A stretch of DNA of 64,000 bases, from contig JANNQV010000028.1 of NCBI GenBank assembly GCA_031400935.1, positions 62,001-126,000 of the forward strand. Reading direction: 5' to 3'. Of this stretch, positions 59,169-64,000 are shown one piece after another; within the stretch, counting starts at the first letter, position 1; each line of letters begins with the position of its first letter. The notes under the pieces were generated by a model, which made no database searches, was not told the origin of the DNA, and worked only from the letters and a program-made list of their open reading frames with translations. Origin of the DNA: Armatimonadota bacterium (GTDB taxonomy: Bacteria; Armatimonadota; Fimbriimonadia; Fimbriimonadales; Fimbriimonadaceae). Position numbers and translations under genes: made by a program.

Positions 59169-60320
59169 ATGGAACGAATATATCTCGATCATGCTGCTTC
59201 TTCTCCATTAGCGCCGGGAGTTCGGGATGCTATGGAGCCTTGGATTTCTGGTGAGTTCGGAAATGCGAGCAGCTTATATGAAGAAGGCCGAAAGGCTAAG
59301 GATGCTATTGATCAGGCTCGAGAAGTTGTTAGCAGAGCCCTTGGATGCGAATTTGGGGAAATTACTTTTACATCGAGCGGAACGGAGGCCGCGAACCTTG
59401 CCGTCATTGGCTTTGCCCTTGCAAATAGAGGGACTACTCGAAATCGAATTTTTCTGGGAGCCGCCGAGCATCATTGCGTGATCGAGACTGAAGAACTTTT
59501 GAGATCGCTTGGCTTTGAGGTGCAACTTATTCCGGTTGATTCGGAAGCAAGAATTCAGATTGATTGGCTTACTAAAATCATGGATGACGCAGTTCTCTTG
59601 GTGAGCGTTCAGTCTGCAAACAACGAAACTGGCACACTTCAGCCCGTCCAAGAGGTTTCCAAGTTATGCAATGAAGCAGGTACGACCTATCATTGCGATG
59701 CCGTTCAATCATTAGGCAACCAAACGGATAATGAAGCATTCATGGAAGCAGATATGGTTTCCATTTCAGCACATAAGATCGGAGGGCCTAAGGGCGTTGG
59801 TGCACTTTTCGTTCGGGCAGGGACCAAGATAACTCCGCTTCTGATCGGTGGCGGTCAAGAGCGCGAAATGAGAGCAGGAACTGAAAACGTGGCGGGAATC
59901 GTGGGCTTTGGAGAAGCCGTGAAGGCTCTCCAGGCTGATTCATATCGAACGAACCGAAAGGCTCAAGCCCGAAACGTTTTTTCAAACTTATTAAAGGGAG
60001 ATTCGAATTGGGTGCCTACAGTTCAAAACGTAGACGATGTGCTTCCTGGACATTGCCACGGCAGATTCAAAGGCATTAGTGCCGAATCCATGCTTATTCG
60101 TTTGGACGGAAAGGGAATTTCCGCCAGCAGCGGCGCGGCCTGTAGTTCAGGCTCAACTATGCCTAGCCATGTCATGCAAGCTTGTGGCTATTCCGAGCAA
60201 CAAGCTAAAGAAGCCTTACGATTTACATTCGGCTGGAACTCGACCATTGAGCAAGCAAATGAAGCGGCTCATCGGGTTCTGGAAGCTGTGTCTGCGGTAC
60301 GCTCAAGCTCAACTCGATGA
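59169..60320 (+). CDS. iscS: Cysteine desulfurase (IscS/NifS type)
   Basis: YLDHAA, FTSSGTEA, NNETG, SAHKIGGPKG, SSGAACSS. Confidence 0.92.
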   Translation: MERIYLDHAASSPLAPGVRDAMEPWISGEFGNASSLYEEGRKAKDAIDQAREVVSRALGCEFGEITFTSSGTEAANLAVIGFALANRGTTRNRIFLGAAEHHCVIETEELLRSLGFEVQLIPVDSEARIQIDWLTKIMDDAVLLVSVQSANNETGTLQPVQEVSKLCNEAGTTYHCDAVQSLGNQTDNEAFMEADMVSISAHKIGGPKGVGALFVRAGTKITPLLIGGGQEREMRAGTENVAGIVGFGEAVKALQADSYRTNRKAQARNVFSNLLKGDSNWVPTVQNVDDVLPGHCHGRFKGISAESMLIRLDGKGISASSGAACSSGSTMPSHVMQACGYSEQQAKEALRFTFGWNSTIEQANEAAHRVLEAVSAVRSSSTR

Positions 60321-61765
60321 GCCCTCCAATCGAAGAATACACCCCCCGCGAAATCGTCGCAGAACTCGATAAATACATCATCGGCCAAGATGCTGCCAAA
60401 CGAGCCGTTGCCATCGCTTTGCGAAATCGGTACCGACGGCAGCAGCTTCCGCTCGAGGAGCGTGACGACGTTTTGCCAAAAAACATTCTCATGATGGGAC
60501 CGACTGGGGTTGGCAAAACCGAAATCGCCAGAAGGCTTGCTCAGCTTGCTAGAGCACCATTTGTAAAGGTTGAAGCTACAAAATTTACGGAAGTAGGCTA
60601 TGTGGGGCGCGATGTTGACGCTATGGTTCGTGATCTCGTAGCCAATTCAGTTAGGCTAGTTGAGCGCGAGCGTGCGGAAGCGGTCGAAGACCGGGCAAAA
60701 GAACTTGCGCTCAACCGCATGGCGGAACTCCTTGAATCTCAATCTGATGAAACTTCCCCCACTCCAAGGGCGGCATTTCCAATGTTTGGCGGAATGCCAA
60801 TCATTTCGGATGCGTCCGAAGATGACGATGGAGAAGAAACAGATGGTTTTCAAGCGTACGACTGGCAGACTGAAGAAAACCAGCGACAAGAAAGAATCGC
60901 CGCGATTCGTGAAAGACTGACTAACGGCGACTTGCGAGATGAATTCGTAGAAATTGAGATTGAAGAAGCCAACAACCCCTTTTTACAAGTTTTCACTCCC
61001 GGAGGAATGGAGGAAATGGGACTGGATATGAACCAACTTCCCGGGAATTTTGGTTCAAAAAGGTCGAGTTTCAAAGCTTCTGTCGCTGAAGCGATGCCAG
61101 TTTTGGTCGAAGAAGAAGCCAAAAAGTGCATTGACCAAGGGAGCGTGAACCGTGAAGCCCTGAAACGAGCTGAGCAAACCGGAATCATCTTCATTGACGA
61201 AATTGATAAAGTGGCTGTAAGTCAAACCAAAGGCGCAGGGCCAGATGTCAGCCGCGAGGGAGTTCAACGCGACCTTCTGCCCATCATCGAAGGCTCCACT
61301 GTTCAGAGCAAATTTGGGGCGATTCGCACAGACCACATCCTGTTTATCGCTGCCGGCGCATTTCACATGAGTTCGCCGAGCGACCTCATTCCAGAGCTTC
61401 AAGGCAGGTTGCCAATTCGGGTTGAGCTTGACCCATTAACCGAAAACGATTTCGGAAGAATTCTCAAAGAGCCCAAGAACGCTTTGACGAAACAATATGT
61501 AAAGCTGCTGGCAGTTGACGGCTACCAGCTCAGTTTTGCGCCCGAAGCACTGGATGCAATCGCTCATTTCGCTTCGGAAATCAACAAGAAGATTGAGAAC
61601 ATTGGTGCCCGGAGGCTGCATACGGTGATGGAAAAATTATTGGAAGATCACCTCTTTGATGCACCAGAAAAGGGACCGAAAACGGTTGCAATAGACGCAG
61701 AAACGGTACATTTGAAATTGGAAAAATTTACAAATCACTTGGCATCTGCTAGAAAAATTCTGTAA
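60317..61765 (+). CDS. hslU: ATP-dependent protease ATPase subunit HslU
   Basis: GPTGVGKTEIARR, KFTEVGYVG, DEIDK, GVQRDLLP, PELQGR, NIGARRL. Confidence 0.96.
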   Translation: MSPPIEEYTPREIVAELDKYIIGQDAAKRAVAIALRNRYRRQQLPLEERDDVLPKNILMMGPTGVGKTEIARRLAQLARAPFVKVEATKFTEVGYVGRDVDAMVRDLVANSVRLVERERAEAVEDRAKELALNRMAELLESQSDETSPTPRAAFPMFGGMPIISDASEDDDGEETDGFQAYDWQTEENQRQERIAAIRERLTNGDLRDEFVEIEIEEANNPFLQVFTPGGMEEMGLDMNQLPGNFGSKRSSFKASVAEAMPVLVEEEAKKCIDQGSVNREALKRAEQTGIIFIDEIDKVAVSQTKGAGPDVSREGVQRDLLPIIEGSTVQSKFGAIRTDHILFIAAGAFHMSSPSDLIPELQGRLPIRVELDPLTENDFGRILKEPKNALTKQYVKLLAVDGYQLSFAPEALDAIAHFASEINKKIENIGARRLHTVMEKLLEDHLFDAPEKGPKTVAIDAETVHLKLEKFTNHLASARKIL

Positions 61766-61773
61766 AGTGAGGC

Positions 61774-61800
61774 TAAAGGCGAAACGGATTTTGCCGAAAG
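61774..61800 (+). promoter_or_regulatory. Putative sigma-28 promoter
   Basis: TAAA-N15-GCCGAAAG versus consensus TAAA-N15-GCCGATAA. Confidence 0.6.
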
Positions 61801-61807
61801 GAAAAGC

Positions 61808-63202
61808 ATGGACTGGCGAAAACGACTTTGGAAGCAGCGTTTTTGGGAGTGCGCGGGCATGACCGTGCTTTTCATATGCAGTTTCGCTACGGCATCCGAA
61901 CCTAATCAGGAAACTCCTTTAATTGAAAAACAAGACCATTTTTCCACCGAACACACCAAGGCAATTCGGAAATATTGGAGCACCCCAAATAGATATGTAT
62001 CCGAGGTTCCGACTGATTGGCTGAGAACCGGCCTGTGGCAAGTTCGCTTGACAGTAGAAGGCTCAAAGTGGCTTTGGAACTACAACAAGGCGAGAGGGCT
62101 TGGCAAATTTGGAACGAATCCACTAACGCCGATTGTAAAAATAAAGCCCGAAGATGCAACTGAATGGGAGGCTTGGATTGACGCCAAAGTCGCTTGGGAT
62201 CGCATTGCGGCACTAGAAGAGGCAAGCCGGCTGAACCAGACTGTGATTCCGGGATTCGTCGTTCCAAAAGTCAATGAAACTACTGATCCTGGTGAACCAC
62301 CTGCTGGTTTGCTTGAGCTTGTGAGCAATCCCCCGGTTTTTGCCGAAGTTGTAGTCCCACTGCAGCACACGATTCGGTTTGAGGACGGCTCAGAAGTTCG
62401 ATACCAAGATAACCCGAAAATGCCGGTTCGCTATGCGTACTACCGATTCGAAAGGGGAGTGATGTCGGGGGGCGTAAAGGTCCGAACTATGCCCGAATGG
62501 ACTCTGGACAAGCTGTTTCGTGAGGCTGGGGTCAACGACAGCGACCGGAACGTCATGGCGGCGGTTTCGCTCTTGGAGGGCGGGTTCGACTCTGTGAACA
62601 CGTACGACACAGGCTTTGTCTCAGTGGGGCTGATCCAGTTTGCGAGCCTGAAAGAAGGCGGCGGTTCGTTGGGGCGACTGCTAAAACGGATGAAGACCCG
62701 CTCACCCGAAGATTTCGCTCGGTTTTTTACCATTTTTGGTATTGAAGTGTCTGATGACTCCAAACTGGTCGCCTTGGACCATGCAACAGGGGCAGACCTT
62801 ACGGGTGCTGACGCCAACGCAAAGATCATTGAAGACAAGCGACTCATCGCAGTCTTTCAACATGCAGGGCTTCGCAGTGATTCGTTTCAAATGGAGCAAA
62901 TCCGTAGCGCATACGCCGATTATTATCCCGGAAACGACGTGATAGAAATAACCCTAAGCGGGCGTCAACTTAGGATGAAGGTCAGCGATTTCATAAGAAG
63001 CGAAGCCGGAATGGCGACGCTTATGGATCGCAAAGTGAATACCGGCACGCTTGATCCTTTGTCTTTTGTTCTAATCACGCTTGCACAAGAGAAGTGGGTC
63101 TCGTCAGTGAATGAATTTGCCAAGATTGAGCGAGAGATCATCGTCCGCATGAAGTTCCGTCGTGACTTTCTGGCTGACAAAAACTTGACTCAACCAAAAT
63201 AA
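61808..63202 (+). CDS. Secreted hypothetical protein with possible lysozyme-like domain
   Basis: Signal-like N-terminus; EGGFDSVNTYDTGFVSVGLIQF motif. Confidence 0.7.
   Translation: MDWRKRLWKQRFWECAGMTVLFICSFATASEPNQETPLIEKQDHFSTEHTKAIRKYWSTPNRYVSEVPTDWLRTGLWQVRLTVEGSKWLWNYNKARGLGKFGTNPLTPIVKIKPEDATEWEAWIDAKVAWDRIAALEEASRLNQTVIPGFVVPKVNETTDPGEPPAGLLELVSNPPVFAEVVVPLQHTIRFEDGSEVRYQDNPKMPVRYAYYRFERGVMSGGVKVRTMPEWTLDKLFREAGVNDSDRNVMAAVSLLEGGFDSVNTYDTGFVSVGLIQFASLKEGGGSLGRLLKRMKTRSPEDFARFFTIFGIEVSDDSKLVALDHATGADLTGADANAKIIEDKRLIAVFQHAGLRSDSFQMEQIRSAYADYYPGNDVIEITLSGRQLRMKVSDFIRSEAGMATLMDRKVNTGTLDPLSFVLITLAQEKWVSSVNEFAKIEREIIVRMKFRRDFLADKNLTQPK
61842..61872 (+). repeat. REP family A copy inside a CDS N-terminus
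   Basis: TTTGGGAGTGCGCGGGCATGACCGTGCTTTT versus TTTGGGAGTCCGCGGGCTTGACCGCGCTTTT at 1659. Confidence 0.8.
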
Positions 63203-63240
63203 TTCACGCAACTCAGTCAATTAGCTAGTGCAAGATCGCG

Positions 63241-64000
63241 CTAAGACGTCGCCCGAACTTTTCTCTGAAAATCAGCAATCGTTGTCCGCCCACTCACCCG
63301 GACTCTTGGAAGCATCAGCATGTCTTCTTCGGGCGTTACGACCCCACCGCCTTTCTTCCATCCGGCAACGTATCCAGCGATCTTTGCCCGCTCCTTCACA
63401 AAGTCGTTGTAGCAGCCAGCCGGATAGGCGACAGAAGTAACCCGGTCTTGAATTTTGAATTCGATCAATCGCTTGGATTCGGCAAGTTCGTAGTCCAGAG
63501 TTGCCTGATCAAGAGAAGTCAAGTCGTAGTGATGGATTGTATGAGATCCGTAGCCAAACCCCGCTTTTTCTCTCATTTCCAAAACATCGTTCCAACTTAA
63601 ACGGTCAGGTCTGCCAAAGTTGTTTGTTACAAGGAAAACAGTTGCGGGCACTTTGTATCTGAGAAGAATCGGAAATGCCCGTTCAAAGTTGTCCTTGTAG
63701 CCATCATCTAGTGTGATGCAAACAGCCTTTTCTGGAAGCTCGCGCCCTTCTTGGACTGCGCGTTCTACCTCGCTTGCAAGAAGAACAGAATATCCATTTT
63801 CAACTAAGAATTTGACTTGCTGCTCAAAGTCCGCCGGGCTTACTGTCAGATCGCAAAGCAACGGGCTTCTTTGCTCCTTTTCGTCAAGTTCGTCAATTCG
63901 GTGATACATGAGCACGGGGACTGCGAACTGCTTCGTGACCGCTACAAGCTTCTTTGTTGGAGCTTCGACACGTTTTCCCTCAACAGGCTCAAATTTGCAA
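63241..64000 (-). CDS. Polysaccharide deacetylase (NodB/CE4), 5' end off window
   Basis: PVLMYH, TLDDGY, GSHTIHH, AYPAG; frame open to the window edge. Confidence 0.92.
   Translation of the reverse strand, partial: CKFEPVEGKRVEAPTKKLVAVTKQFAVPVLMYHRIDELDEKEQRSPLLCDLTVSPADFEQQVKFLVENGYSVLLASEVERAVQEGRELPEKAVCITLDDGYKDNFERAFPILLRYKVPATVFLVTNNFGRPDRLSWNDVLEMREKAGFGYGSHTIHHYDLTSLDQATLDYELAESKRLIEFKIQDRVTSVAYPAGCYNDFVKERAKIAGYVAGWKKGGGVVTPEEDMLMLPRVRVSGRTTIADFQRKVRATS

Overview
A 64 kb stretch of bacterial core/accessory chromosome at roughly 50% GC. It is most likely from Armatimonadota (Fimbriimonadaceae-like), inferred from an H-X9-DG prepilin-type protein, a PEP-CTERM protein and an actinobacterial-type proteasome alpha subunit. 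It holds about 60 CDS: nucleoside (BMP) and sugar ABC transporters, atpD-atpC, ahcY, mnmG, galT, fliA, speE, tdh, dprA, a GH38 mannosidase, an orphan rplK, tsaE, iscS, hslU and others. I saw no rRNA, tRNA, CRISPR, integrase or transposase. The main points are: (1) about 20 intergenic elements built from 7-11 nt tandem repeats, arranged as a G/T-rich 5' arm and a C/A-rich 3' arm, often with non-matching (chimeric) arms, plus several REP/REPIN-like families; (2) these repeats are translated in frame inside MnmG and at the termini of other proteins; (3) an SAH riboswitch with a visible terminator/anti-terminator platform lies upstream of ahcY; (4) many genes have a leaderless-type architecture; (5) a solitary proteasome alpha gene and an hslU without hslV; (6) a tandem PTPS-II gene coupled to an SDR (candidate biopterin pathway); (7) a sigma28-type promoter in front of a candidate novel muramidase. 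All calls come from motif recognition by eye; no searches were run. Many starts were moved downstream of the ORF-track starts.
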